A stretch of DNA of 29,059 nt from a virus (Duplodnaviria; Caudoviricetes). Under the pieces are notes generated by a model. The model searched no databases, was not told the DNA's origin, and saw only the letters and a program-made list of their open reading frames with translations. Positions 1 to 8,546 of the stretch are shown in pieces. Position 1 is the stretch's first letter. The number at the start of each line of letters is the position of its first letter. The translations under genes and the position numbers were made by a program. The DNA is taken from positions 1 to 29,059 of IMG/VR virus record IMGVR_UViG_3300032260_000017; one strand, written 5' to 3'.

Positions 1-12
1 GGCGGCTGGTCC

Positions 13-420
13 GTGCGGGACCTCCTCCTGGACCAGATCGCGGATCGTCACCCCTCGGAGCTCGAGGTGGCCGCGCGGATCGCGGGGCTCCCCCGCCGCG
101 CGCCCGGTGGCGGCCTCCGCCAGGTGGTGAGCCACGGGGAGCTGGTGCGGATCATCGCGGAGACCGAGCCCTCCCCGGCCGCGGCCCGCTATTGGGTGGA
201 CCAGGCGCGGCGCCTGAACGGCGGCCCCTTCGCCACGTGCCGCACGTGCCGCGCGGATCTCCCCTCTCCCCGCGCCCCGCACCCGTGCCACCCCTCCACC
301 TCCTCCACGTGCCCCGCGTGCGGCCTCACGGCCGCCCAGGCGGACGCGGGGGACGCCCAGGGCGTGGCGCTCGGGTGCCCGGAGTGCTGCCCCACGGAGC
401 ACGTGGGAGGCTCACGATGA
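13..420 (+). CDS. Hypothetical phage protein with Cys-rich (Zn-binding) C-terminus; may be 5'-truncated by the window edge
   Basis: Frame is open from base 1. C-terminus has CRTC, HPCH, CPAC and CPECC clusters. Stop overlaps the next ATG (ATGA, 417-420). Confidence 0.6.
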   Translation: MRDLLLDQIADRHPSELEVAARIAGLPRRAPGGGLRQVVSHGELVRIIAETEPSPAAARYWVDQARRLNGGPFATCRTCRADLPSPRAPHPCHPSTSSTCPACGLTAAQADAGDAQGVALGCPECCPTEHVGGSR

Positions 421-815
421 GCGCCGCGCCGTTCCGCCTGGTCCACCGTTGCCGGTGGATCGTGAAGCTGGTGATGGGTCCCCACCTGAACAATGTTCTC
501 GGGGACCTCTCCATCTGGGAGCTCGAGGACGGGACCCGCTTCGCCGTCCGGGAGAACCTCGGGCGCAAGGGTGACCAATTCTGGCGCGGAGGTGGCATCG
601 GCGCCGCCTTCGCCCACGGGAAGGCCACCGGCCTCCCCGAGGTGCTGGACCTCCTGGCGCCTCGAGACCGATGGGAGGAGATCGCGGAGCTGGTGCGCGC
701 CGCGGATCCCCTCGAACGCCCCGTCCGCGATCATCTCCAGATGACGCGGGAATGGGTGGAGTCCGAGGTAGCGCACCGAGCCCGCGTCCCCGCGATGACC
801 GTGGGAGCCGCATGA
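417..815 (+). CDS. Hypothetical protein (132 aa)
   Basis: ATGA coupling at both ends, GGAGG upstream, GC3-rich codons. Start MSAAPF lies inside ORF-track 192..815. Confidence 0.7.
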   Translation: MSAAPFRLVHRCRWIVKLVMGPHLNNVLGDLSIWELEDGTRFAVRENLGRKGDQFWRGGGIGAAFAHGKATGLPEVLDLLAPRDRWEEIAELVRAADPLERPVRDHLQMTREWVESEVAHRARVPAMTVGAA

Positions 816-1234
816 TGGAGATCCAGACCATGAAACACCCCGCCCTCCTCCTGGCCCTCGCGGCCGCCATCCTCCTCGGGGGCCTCGCCCTCATCCTCCA
901 GGCCAAGCCGGACCCCGCCCTCGAGGCGCTCGAGCTCCGCGTCCAGGCGCTCGAGACCTGGACCGAGGGGCTCGCGGAGGCCGCGTCCTCCGTGGACCTC
1001 GAGCTCTCCGAGCCCCAGGCCGCCACGGCCACGGGCGGCTCCCAGACGGCCGCCCAGCTCGGGGTGGATGTCCAGGCGCCGAACGCACGGATCGAACCCG
1101 AGCCCTACCGGATCACCTGGCGCGGCTCCACCCGCTACCTCTACGTGGACGGCGCGTGGCACGTCTGGAGCTCGAGCTCGAAGTGGGTCCGCCTCCCCGA
1201 GGGGTGGACCCCGGACTCCCGAGGTGAGCGGTGA
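812..1234 (+). CDS. Membrane-anchored hypothetical protein (N-terminal hydrophobic helix, short coiled coil, Trp/Tyr-rich C-terminus)
   Basis: LLLALAAAILLGGLALIL segment. ATGA overlap at 812; alternative start at 830 with GGAG SD. Confidence 0.7.
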   Translation: MMEIQTMKHPALLLALAAAILLGGLALILQAKPDPALEALELRVQALETWTEGLAEAASSVDLELSEPQAATATGGSQTAAQLGVDVQAPNARIEPEPYRITWRGSTRYLYVDGAWHVWSSSSKWVRLPEGWTPDSRGER

Positions 1235-1491
1235 GCGGCCTCCGGGAATGTGCCTGGTGTGGCGCGTACCTCGGGGAGGCGCCGGATCTCCCCGCGGGCC
1301 ACGTCACGCATGGGATCTGCGAAGGGTGCCACGGCCGCATGATGGCCGAGCTCAAGCGGCCGGGGTGGACCGGCCACATCCAGGAGAGGCGGGCGGATCG
1401 CGCGCGCGTGCGGCTCCTCCTCGGCCTCCTGGTCCTCGCCTCGGTGGTGATCGGGGCCGCCGTCCTTGCCTCGGTCCTTGTCCCACACTAG
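1231..1491 (+). CDS. Small Zn-ribbon protein (CAWC...HGICEGC) with C-terminal TM helix
   Basis: CxxC...HGICxxC motif, hydrophobic LLLGLLVLASVVIGAAVLASVLV tail, GTGA overlap. Confidence 0.7.
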   Translation: MSGLRECAWCGAYLGEAPDLPAGHVTHGICEGCHGRMMAELKRPGWTGHIQERRADRARVRLLLGLLVLASVVIGAAVLASVLVPH

Positions 1492-1531
1492 ACTCCGCCC
1501 CGGAGTCCATTCCAGAGGAGAACCGCCCCCC

Positions 1532-1762
1532 ATGCTCAAGCTCCCCACCTCAATCGAGGAGCTCACGCTCCACCAGGCGGCGGCCCTTGCCGGGTTCCGC
1601 TCCGCCTCCGATCTGGCCAAGGCGGCCGATCTGAACCAGCGAACCGTGGCCGGGATGATGCGTGGAGAGTCCGGCTATCCGGCCGCCCGTGCATCCGTGG
1701 CCGCCTCCCTCGGCCTCGAGGAGGCCGCTCTCGAGACCATCATCCAGAACAGCCGGACCTAG
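1532..1762 (+). CDS. Small XRE/Cro-like HTH DNA-binding protein (76 aa)
   Basis: SASDLAKAADLNQRTVAGMMRG...VAASLG fits the HTH_XRE pattern. GAGGAG SD before ATG 1532. Confidence 0.7.
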   Translation: MLKLPTSIEELTLHQAAALAGFRSASDLAKAADLNQRTVAGMMRGESGYPAARASVAASLGLEEAALETIIQNSRT

Positions 1763-1786
1763 ATCCGCGCCAGGAGACCCCCCAGA

Positions 1787-2893
1787 ATGAATCAGCACGA
1801 TCCCCAGAATGGCGGAGGATCCGCCATCGAGTCCGCGGAGGTGTTCGCCGTAGAGGTGGACGGCCTCCGCGCCATCCAGAGCGCCGAGATCGATACGATG
1901 ATCTCCACCGCCAAGGCATACCCCCGCGATCTCGCCCGCTTCACGCGGGGCGCCGCCCAGATGGCGTGCCGCTCCGAGGAGACCGCGATCTCCTGTTTCT
2001 ACCGGCTCGGCCGTGGCGCGAACGCCATCGAGGGACCCTCCATCCGCTTCGCGGAGATCCTCGCGGCCACGTTCGGAAACTTCCGCGTGGCTCATCGCCT
2101 GGTGACCGTGGCGCGGGAATACGTGGTGGTGGAGGGGATCGCCATCGATCTCGAATCCAATTTCGCGTACCGGACAGAGGTGACGGGCCAGATCGTCTAC
2201 GGGGCCGGGAACCGCAAGGCGGGCCAGCGTTACCCCGCGGACCAGATCCGCGTCACCATCCAGGCCACCGCGGCCAAGGCCGAGCGGAACGCCATCACCA
2301 AGGCCATCCCGCGCGCCGTCTGGGAGCCCATCCTCGATGAGGCCCGCGAGGTGGCGAAGGGGAAGGCGGACGATCTCCCGATCCGGCGCCAGAAGATGAT
2401 CGGCGCGTTCACCCTCTACGGGATCTCGGAGGAGATGCTCCTGGCCCGCGTGGAGGTGAAGGACCGGAACCAGCTCACCACGGACCACATCGTGGATCTC
2501 CGCACCGTCTACCAGGCGATCCACCGCGGGGAGATCGCGCCGGAGGAGGCGTTCCCGCCCATCGAGGAGGCCCAGGCGCCCGCCCCGGCCGCCAGCGGCA
2601 CATCCGCCGCTTCCGCGCCTCGGGCCGCCCAGGACCCCGGCAACGCCCCCCAGGCCCCGGATGAGGAGGAGCGGTCCACCTTGATCCGGACCTACACCCT
2701 CGCCCGGATGCGCGGGGACCCCGATGAGGTGATGGAGAAGCTCGGGGACGATGCCGCGCGCCAGCCCGCGGGGATGTCGAACGATGAGCTCCGCGCGGCC
2801 ATCTCGAAGCTCGAGGCCCCGCCGCTCGAGGGCGATGGCCCGAGCGCCGAGGAGCTGGACCAGGCCGGGGAAGGTGGTGGCGCCAATGCGTAG
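1787..2893 (+). CDS. Putative phage ssDNA-annealing recombinase (N-terminal conserved domain, low-complexity acidic C-terminus)
   Basis: IDTMISTAKAYPR...FYRLGRG...IEGPSIRFAE...AKAERNAI resembles a common phage family found in recombination modules. AGGAG SD. Function is inferred from architecture and context. Confidence 0.5.
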   Translation: MNQHDPQNGGGSAIESAEVFAVEVDGLRAIQSAEIDTMISTAKAYPRDLARFTRGAAQMACRSEETAISCFYRLGRGANAIEGPSIRFAEILAATFGNFRVAHRLVTVAREYVVVEGIAIDLESNFAYRTEVTGQIVYGAGNRKAGQRYPADQIRVTIQATAAKAERNAITKAIPRAVWEPILDEAREVAKGKADDLPIRRQKMIGAFTLYGISEEMLLARVEVKDRNQLTTDHIVDLRTVYQAIHRGEIAPEEAFPPIEEAQAPAPAASGTSAASAPRAAQDPGNAPQAPDEEERSTLIRTYTLARMRGDPDEVMEKLGDDAARQPAGMSNDELRAAISKLEAPPLEGDGPSAEELDQAGEGGGANA

Positions 2894-5282
2894 CCACCTC
2901 CTCGCCCAAGGGATGCGCGCCCGAGACCTGGATCTCGATCTCGGCCAGCTCACCCTCATCACCGGCCCGATGGGCTCCTCCAAGACCACCGCCGCGGACG
3001 CCCTCCGGTTCCTGGCGCTGGGCTACGTCCCCGCCCTCGGGAAGGCGGAGGCCGCCACGGCGGCCCTCCTCCGCGGCGGGGAGCTGGGCGTCCGCCTCGA
3101 GCTCGAGGACGGGCGTTCGATGTCCCGCACCCTCAAGCGGACGGGGAAGGGGATCAAGGGGGGCGCCTCCGCCTCCTGGATCGAGCCGAAGGCCAAGGCG
3201 TCCGAGCACGCGGCGGCCATCCTCACCCTGTTCGGGGAGGACGCCTCGGCCACCGCGGAACACCTGGACCTCCGGGAGCTCCTCAAGGCCACCCCGAACC
3301 AGCGGGCCGCCCGCCTCGAGGGCCTCCTGGCCGCCACCGCGTTCGCGCCGGAGGAGACCTTCACGTGGCTCCGGATCTATGCCACGTGCCGCATGGCACG
3401 CCAGGAGCGGATCCCGGACGATCTCACGGCCGCCACGGCCCTCGCGGATGGGCTGGTCCACGGCCTCTCCGAGCCCGAGCGGGCCGCCATCGGCCACGTG
3501 ATCGAGGAGCTCCGCGCGGTGTTCGATGAGCGTGGGCTCTCCGGCGCTCTGGACCAGGCGGGGGACATCCGCCGCACCGAGGCCACGGCCACGAAGCAAG
3601 GCCGCGCCGCACGGACGAAGATCGAGGACCGCCGCGCGGGGATGACGATCCCCACGGACACCATCGAGAGCCTCGAGCGGGCTCGGGACGCGGCCACCGC
3701 GGAACAGGCCGCCCTCGAGGAGCGGGTTCGCGCCTACCGTGGAGGAGCCACCGAGCGCCAAGGCGCCGCGGACGCCCTCACCGAGGCGCGCACCGTGCTC
3801 GAGGCGCTGGCCGAGGGGAACGCGGCGGCCGCCGCCGCTCTCTCCAGGTGCCAGGAGCTCCAGGCCGAGGCCGCCGCCGTGGTGATCCCGGACGCCCTCG
3901 AGGCGCCCACGCTCCCCGAGCTGGATCCCGCTCTCGGTGAGGCGATCCTCGAGGCCGAGCGGCTGGTCCGCGAGCACGCGGGGAAGGGCCTCACGCCCGA
4001 GCCCCAGGCGCCGGACCAGCTCCACCTCGAGGGGACCGATCACCTCGAGGAGGACGTGGCGGAGGCTCGCCACCGGCTGGCGTGCGCCGCGGGTGATCCG
4101 TGGCTCGAGGTGGTCCGGCTGGCGCGTGAGCTCACGGAATGGGCGGACGTGTCCGATGAGGCGGATCCCGTTCGGGACCGTGCCGCGGCGCTCCAGACGC
4201 TCGGCCAGGAGAACGGCCTGGACCAGGCCAAGCTCGAGGAGGCTCTCCTCCAGGCGGGCGCGGTTCTCGAAGCGGCCAAGGGCCGGAACGCCCAGCTCCA
4301 GAGCGCCTACAAAGCCCACGCGGCCGACCACGCCACCGCTCACGCGGCATGGGTGGAGGCCGAGGCGGCCCACGTCCTCGCGGGAGCGCATCTCCAGGTG
4401 GCTCTCGAGGAGGCCCAGGCCAAGCGGTCCACCGCCACCACCGAGCTCTCCCAGGAGCGCCAGCGGATCCTGGACGCTCACGGGGTGGACCTCGAGGCGC
4501 GGGACGCGGCCCAGGCCAAGCGGCGCCAGCTCGAGGAGGACGCGCGCGCCCAGGAGCGGAAGCACCGGGACCACGTTCGCGCCACCCAGGAGGCGGAGAG
4601 CGCCGCGTCCACCGCCCACGCTCGCCTCGAGGGGATGGCCATCCAGGAGGAGGTGGACATCGAGGAGGCCGCCACGGAGATCACCACCCTCGCGGGGAAG
4701 GTGACCGAGGCCCAGGCCGCCATCGATGTCCTCCAGGCGGCGGACGCCCTGGATGGTGAGCTCGGCACGCTCACCGAGGCCCTCGAGCTCGCCACCGTGC
4801 GCCTCGAGGCCGCCAAGGGATGCGAATGGGCGCTCCAGCGCCTCCGGGAGCGGGACCTGGCCGAGCGGGGGAAGCCCCTCACGGACCAGCTCCGCGCGTT
4901 CCTCCACGCGGCCGGGATGGCGGTGGAGCCCTACGTCCGCGCCAAGCCCCGCGCCCTGGACTTCGGGTGGGTGATCGATGGGCCGCCCGATGGAGAGGGC
5001 CTCCCCGCGGACGTGCCCCTCCAGGCCATGAGCGGCGGGGAAACCGTGCTCTACATGGCCGGGATGGCCGCGGCGGTGATCGGCCTCCGCGCGCCGGAGC
5101 TCCGCCTCCTCCTCATCGAGGGCGCGGAGTGCCAGGACCACCTCCGCCAGCTCATGGAGGGGTGTTCCGCGGTCTCCGAGGGTCTCACCCACGCCATCAT
5201 CACCACCCAGGCCGAGCCCGCGGATGGTGTTCCCGAGGGGTGGACCCACATCCGCACCCTCGAAGCGGCTCCCGTCACGTAA
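2886..5282 (+). CDS. SMC/Rad50/SbcC-like ABC ATPase with long coiled coil (798 aa)
   Basis: N-terminal LTLITGPMGSSKTT (Walker A-like), long Ala/Glu-rich coiled-coil-like middle, C-terminal MSGGE signature and LLLIEGAE Walker B-like strand. Start overlaps the upstream stop. Confidence 0.8.
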   Translation: MRSHLLAQGMRARDLDLDLGQLTLITGPMGSSKTTAADALRFLALGYVPALGKAEAATAALLRGGELGVRLELEDGRSMSRTLKRTGKGIKGGASASWIEPKAKASEHAAAILTLFGEDASATAEHLDLRELLKATPNQRAARLEGLLAATAFAPEETFTWLRIYATCRMARQERIPDDLTAATALADGLVHGLSEPERAAIGHVIEELRAVFDERGLSGALDQAGDIRRTEATATKQGRAARTKIEDRRAGMTIPTDTIESLERARDAATAEQAALEERVRAYRGGATERQGAADALTEARTVLEALAEGNAAAAAALSRCQELQAEAAAVVIPDALEAPTLPELDPALGEAILEAERLVREHAGKGLTPEPQAPDQLHLEGTDHLEEDVAEARHRLACAAGDPWLEVVRLARELTEWADVSDEADPVRDRAAALQTLGQENGLDQAKLEEALLQAGAVLEAAKGRNAQLQSAYKAHAADHATAHAAWVEAEAAHVLAGAHLQVALEEAQAKRSTATTELSQERQRILDAHGVDLEARDAAQAKRRQLEEDARAQERKHRDHVRATQEAESAASTAHARLEGMAIQEEVDIEEAATEITTLAGKVTEAQAAIDVLQAADALDGELGTLTEALELATVRLEAAKGCEWALQRLRERDLAERGKPLTDQLRAFLHAAGMAVEPYVRAKPRALDFGWVIDGPPDGEGLPADVPLQAMSGGETVLYMAGMAAAVIGLRAPELRLLLIEGAECQDHLRQLMEGCSAVSEGLTHAIITTQAEPADGVPEGWTHIRTLEAAPVT

Positions 5283-5288
5283 CCCCCT

Positions 5289-5412
5289 GGACCGGCTGGA
5301 GGTGGACGCCCAAGCGGCCACACCCGCCCACGTCGAAATCCCCCCAGCTCGCGCGCCCTCCACACATTTCCCCTTTTCTCCAGGCGCGCGCGGAGGAGCC
5401 TTCGGCCGGTCC
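5289..5412 (+). ncRNA. Structured intergenic RNA element candidate (cis-regulatory or sRNA)
   Basis: 14-bp closing stem 5289-5302/5399-5412 with 2 G-U pairs. Inner 8-bp stem 5350-5357/5383-5390 with a C/U-rich loop. Confidence 0.45.
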
Positions 5413-5432
5413 CTCTCTCGAGGAGGACCCTC

Positions 5433-7229
5433 ATGGATCCCCACACCCCTCCGATGACCCCGGATCGGCTCCTGGTGAGCCTGAACCCGGACCAGCGGGC
5501 GGCCGTCACGTCCACCGCGGACTCCCTGGTGGTGATCGCGGGAGCCGGGACCGGCAAAACCCGCGTCCTCGCGGCCCGGATCGTCCGCCTGGTGCGCCTC
5601 GAGGGCGTGGAGCCCGAGGCCGTTCTGGCGTTCACGTTCACGCGCGCCGCCGCCTCCGAGCTCCGCGGCCGCATCCAGGACGCCCTCGGCCTCGAGGCGG
5701 AGCGGGTGGAGATCACCACCATCCACGCATGGGCCATGAGCCTCCTCCGGCTGGCCGGTGGTCCCGAGGCTTCCCTCCAGGTGGCGGAGGAGGCCGAGGT
5801 GGAGGAGGAGCTCGGCCGCCTCTACGAAGGCGCCACGCGCCGTCCCGAGGCGGCCCAATGCGGGATCCGGAAGCTCCGCGAGGCCATCGGCCACATGGAG
5901 ACCCACGGGTGGAACCCCGAGCTCGAGTCCGCGGGGACCAGCTCGAGGGACGTGGCCGCGCGCCAGCTCCTCCGCGTCCTCCTGGCGCGGCTCCGCCAGA
6001 GCTACCTCATCCCCTACGCCGCGATCCTCCCGGCCCTCGCCACCCACATCGGCGGGTGTGTTCCTCTGGACCATGAGGGACCGTGCGCCGCGTGCGAACG
6101 CCTCGCGGCCTATCGCCACGTCCTGGTGGATGAGGCCCAGGATCTCTCCGAGCTCGAACAGCGGATCATCCGGTTCCTCGGGGAGGAGGCCCGCCGCCTC
6201 TACGTCCTGGATCCCCGCCAGAGCGTCTACGGGTGGCGCGGCGCCCAGCCGCTCAAGCCCTCGGACGCCACCGCCGTCCAGCCGCTCCGCCAGGGCTACC
6301 GCTACGGCGCCGAGCTGGCCGCGCGCGCCGCGGCCGTGGGCCGGGAGTGCTACGGCGGCGGGTGGGAATGGCTCGAGGATCACACCGTCACCCTCACGCC
6401 CGCGCCCCATGAGACCCCGGTGGCGGAGATCAAGCTCTCCACCGAACAGCTCGAGGACGTGGAGGACCTCTCCCCCCTGGATCCCCTCGAGATCCTCCTC
6501 CGGCACGTCCCGCCCGCCCGCTACGGCGGAGGCGCCGTCCTCACCAGGACGAACCGCGTGGCGGATCTCATCGTGGACCGTGAGCCCAACCGCTTCCACC
6601 GCGTCCGGAACGTGGTGGAGGACCCGCTCCGCGCCGCGATGGCGATGGCGCGGCTCTCCCTGAACCACGCGAACCCGTCCGCGTGCGCCCACCTCCTCCG
6701 CGTCCAGGGGATGACGGACACCCAGATCGAGATCCACCGGGGACGCGCGGGCCGCCGCCGCTCCCTCCTCGCCCAGATGCGGACGATGGACGTGGCCGAG
6801 ATCCCCTCCCTCATGGCGTTCCTCCCCGAGGAGGGGGCCGCCCGGAGGCTCCCGTTCGCCTCGGTGTTCGCGGCCGTTTGCACCGTGCGCCCCGATTGGG
6901 CGGACCAGCGTGACGGGATCCTCGAGCGCCTGGACCGGACGGGGATCTCCGAGGCCCCGCTCCCCCACGCCCTGGACCGGCTCGCGGATGAGCTCCGCCT
7001 GGACGGCGCGGGGTGGGACTACGCGGCCCGCCATGAGCTGGTGGGCGTGGGAACCGTCCACGGGGCCAAAGGCCGCGAATGGGACCACGTGGCCGTGGTG
7101 ACCCACGCGGGCTCCTGGCCCGCACCCGGAACCGATCCCGAGGAATGGCGGACCCTCTACGTGGCGCTCACGCGCGCGCGCCGGAGCGTCCGGATCCTCG
7201 AGCTCCCCGAATCATGGAGGCCCTGGTAA
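5433..7229 (+). CDS. UvrD/PcrA/Rep-family SF1A DNA helicase
   Basis: LNPDQRAAV (Q), AGAGTGKT (I), FTRAAASELRGRI (Ia), LVDEAQD (II), DPRQSVYGWRGA (III), TVHGAKGREW (V), LYVALTRARR (VI). GAGGAGG SD. Confidence 0.95.
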   Translation: MDPHTPPMTPDRLLVSLNPDQRAAVTSTADSLVVIAGAGTGKTRVLAARIVRLVRLEGVEPEAVLAFTFTRAAASELRGRIQDALGLEAERVEITTIHAWAMSLLRLAGGPEASLQVAEEAEVEEELGRLYEGATRRPEAAQCGIRKLREAIGHMETHGWNPELESAGTSSRDVAARQLLRVLLARLRQSYLIPYAAILPALATHIGGCVPLDHEGPCAACERLAAYRHVLVDEAQDLSELEQRIIRFLGEEARRLYVLDPRQSVYGWRGAQPLKPSDATAVQPLRQGYRYGAELAARAAAVGRECYGGGWEWLEDHTVTLTPAPHETPVAEIKLSTEQLEDVEDLSPLDPLEILLRHVPPARYGGGAVLTRTNRVADLIVDREPNRFHRVRNVVEDPLRAAMAMARLSLNHANPSACAHLLRVQGMTDTQIEIHRGRAGRRRSLLAQMRTMDVAEIPSLMAFLPEEGAARRLPFASVFAAVCTVRPDWADQRDGILERLDRTGISEAPLPHALDRLADELRLDGAGWDYAARHELVGVGTVHGAKGREWDHVAVVTHAGSWPAPGTDPEEWRTLYVALTRARRSVRILELPESWRPW

Positions 7230-7618
7230 TGGCCGAACAGCTCGAGCGTGGGAAGTGCCGCGGATGTCCCGCCACCATCGTCTGGATCCAGACCACCGGG
7301 GGGAAGGCCGTCCCGTGCGATGACGTGGCGTTCTCCGGCTACGTGATCCGCAAGGGGGCCAAGCCCATCCCCAAGGGATGGCGCCAGGGCTACACCGTGG
7401 CGGGGCGGGTGGTTCGCATCCTCCCGGACGCGGCGCCCCGTCCCCCGGCTCCGCTCCTCCCCGGCCTCGAGGAGCCCCCGCTCCTGGAGGAGAGGGCCAC
7501 CATCCGGGAGACCCATTTCGCCACGTGCCCGAAGCGCCAGCGGTTCCGCCAGGTCCAGGAGGACCGGAAGCGGAAGGCCGAGGAGCGCCAGGATCGGCGG
7601 GACCGAGGTGGCCGATGA
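7229..7618 (+). CDS. Hypothetical Zn-binding phage protein (CRGC-x-IVW...HFATCP)
   Basis: TAATG coupling. The CxxC...IxW...HFATCP pattern is common in small phage proteins. Confidence 0.75.
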   Translation: MAEQLERGKCRGCPATIVWIQTTGGKAVPCDDVAFSGYVIRKGAKPIPKGWRQGYTVAGRVVRILPDAAPRPPAPLLPGLEEPPLLEERATIRETHFATCPKRQRFRQVQEDRKRKAEERQDRRDRGGR

Positions 7619-8007
7619 TGCGCCAGATCGATCACGTCCGCGTGGCCCTCCTCTCTCGCGGGTGGTCTACGCCCTGGGAGCTCCAGAGCTACATCCTCGA
7701 GCGGTGGCGCTCGAAGCTCTCGGACGCCTCGATCACCGCCAGGATCCGCGAGATGCGCCAGATGGGCCTCGAGATCCCGAAGCGGCGCCGCCAGGGCTCG
7801 AGGGGCTTCGAGTACCAGATCCAGCTCGAGGGCGTGGCCACGTGCCGGGAGCTCTGGCTCGAGGAGGCCGTGGACATCGAGGCCGCTCTCCGCCGCCACG
7901 TGGAGACCCCGCCCGAACCCGAGCCCGAGCGGACCCTGTTCGATCTCGGGGCGCCGCCGCCCGATGACACCGCGGGCCGCCGCCCAGATGGAGGACGTAG
8001 ACGATGA
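7615..8007 (+). CDS. Winged-HTH DNA-binding protein
   Basis: W-S-T-x-x-EL...SDASITARIREMR..G..I.KRR...FEY pattern. ATGA coupling at both ends. Confidence 0.65.
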   Translation: MMRQIDHVRVALLSRGWSTPWELQSYILERWRSKLSDASITARIREMRQMGLEIPKRRRQGSRGFEYQIQLEGVATCRELWLEEAVDIEAALRRHVETPPEPEPERTLFDLGAPPPDDTAGRRPDGGRRR

Positions 8008-8546
8008 GCACCACGAAGCCGAAGGGCCGAGCGAAGGACCGACTTCCCCCGGATTTCGTCCGCGTGCGCGGGCTCACGCTCTGGCGTCCGTGGGCGCTCT
8101 CGATCCTCGCGGGACCGAAGCGGGTGGAGAACCGGCCGCGCGCCTGGTCCATCCAGGGCGAGCTCCTGGCGCTCCACAATGGGCTCCGCTTCCGCGATGA
8201 GGACGCGGCCGCAATTCACGAACAATGGGAGGGCTACATCCTGGCCCTCGAGCGCCACCCCGAGCTCATCCGCCCCGGCCACATCGTGGGCGTGGCCAAG
8301 GTGGCGAACGTCCTCGAGCTCTCCCGAGCTGGTGAGCGCCTCGAGCGGTTCGCGCCGTGGGCCACCGGCCCCTGGTGCTACGTCCTCCAGGAGCCCGTGA
8401 TCCTCCCCAAGCCCATCCCGTGGAAGGGTCAACAGGGCCTTTTCAACATCACCGGAGAGCCAGCCGATGAGATCCGCCGCGCCTGGTTCGCGGGCCGCGC
8501 GGATGTCGATGATCTGGACCTCGAGCATGGAGACCCCACCCGATGA
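8004..8546 (+). CDS. ASCH domain protein
   Basis: LTLWRPWALSILAGPKRVENR, LALH, GHIVGVA, GPWCYVL and KGQQGLF match ASCH signature motifs. Confidence 0.9.
   Translation: MSTTKPKGRAKDRLPPDFVRVRGLTLWRPWALSILAGPKRVENRPRAWSIQGELLALHNGLRFRDEDAAAIHEQWEGYILALERHPELIRPGHIVGVAKVANVLELSRAGERLERFAPWATGPWCYVLQEPVILPKPIPWKGQQGLFNITGEPADEIRRAWFAGRADVDDLDLEHGDPTR

Noticed and set aside
2475-7106. 1543-aa minus-strand ORF, and other long antisense ORFs (1550-2989, 15866-17785, 18666-20498, 22452-24158)
   Set aside because: They are shadows of motif-bearing + strand genes. High GC3 codon bias removes antisense stops, and the translations have no recognisable domains.
2886-7229. Calling the ATPase+UvrD pair a Gabija, Lamassu or Wadjet defence system
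   Set aside because: No TOPRIM, effector or kleisin partner is visible, and the genes are embedded in the phage replication/recombination operon.
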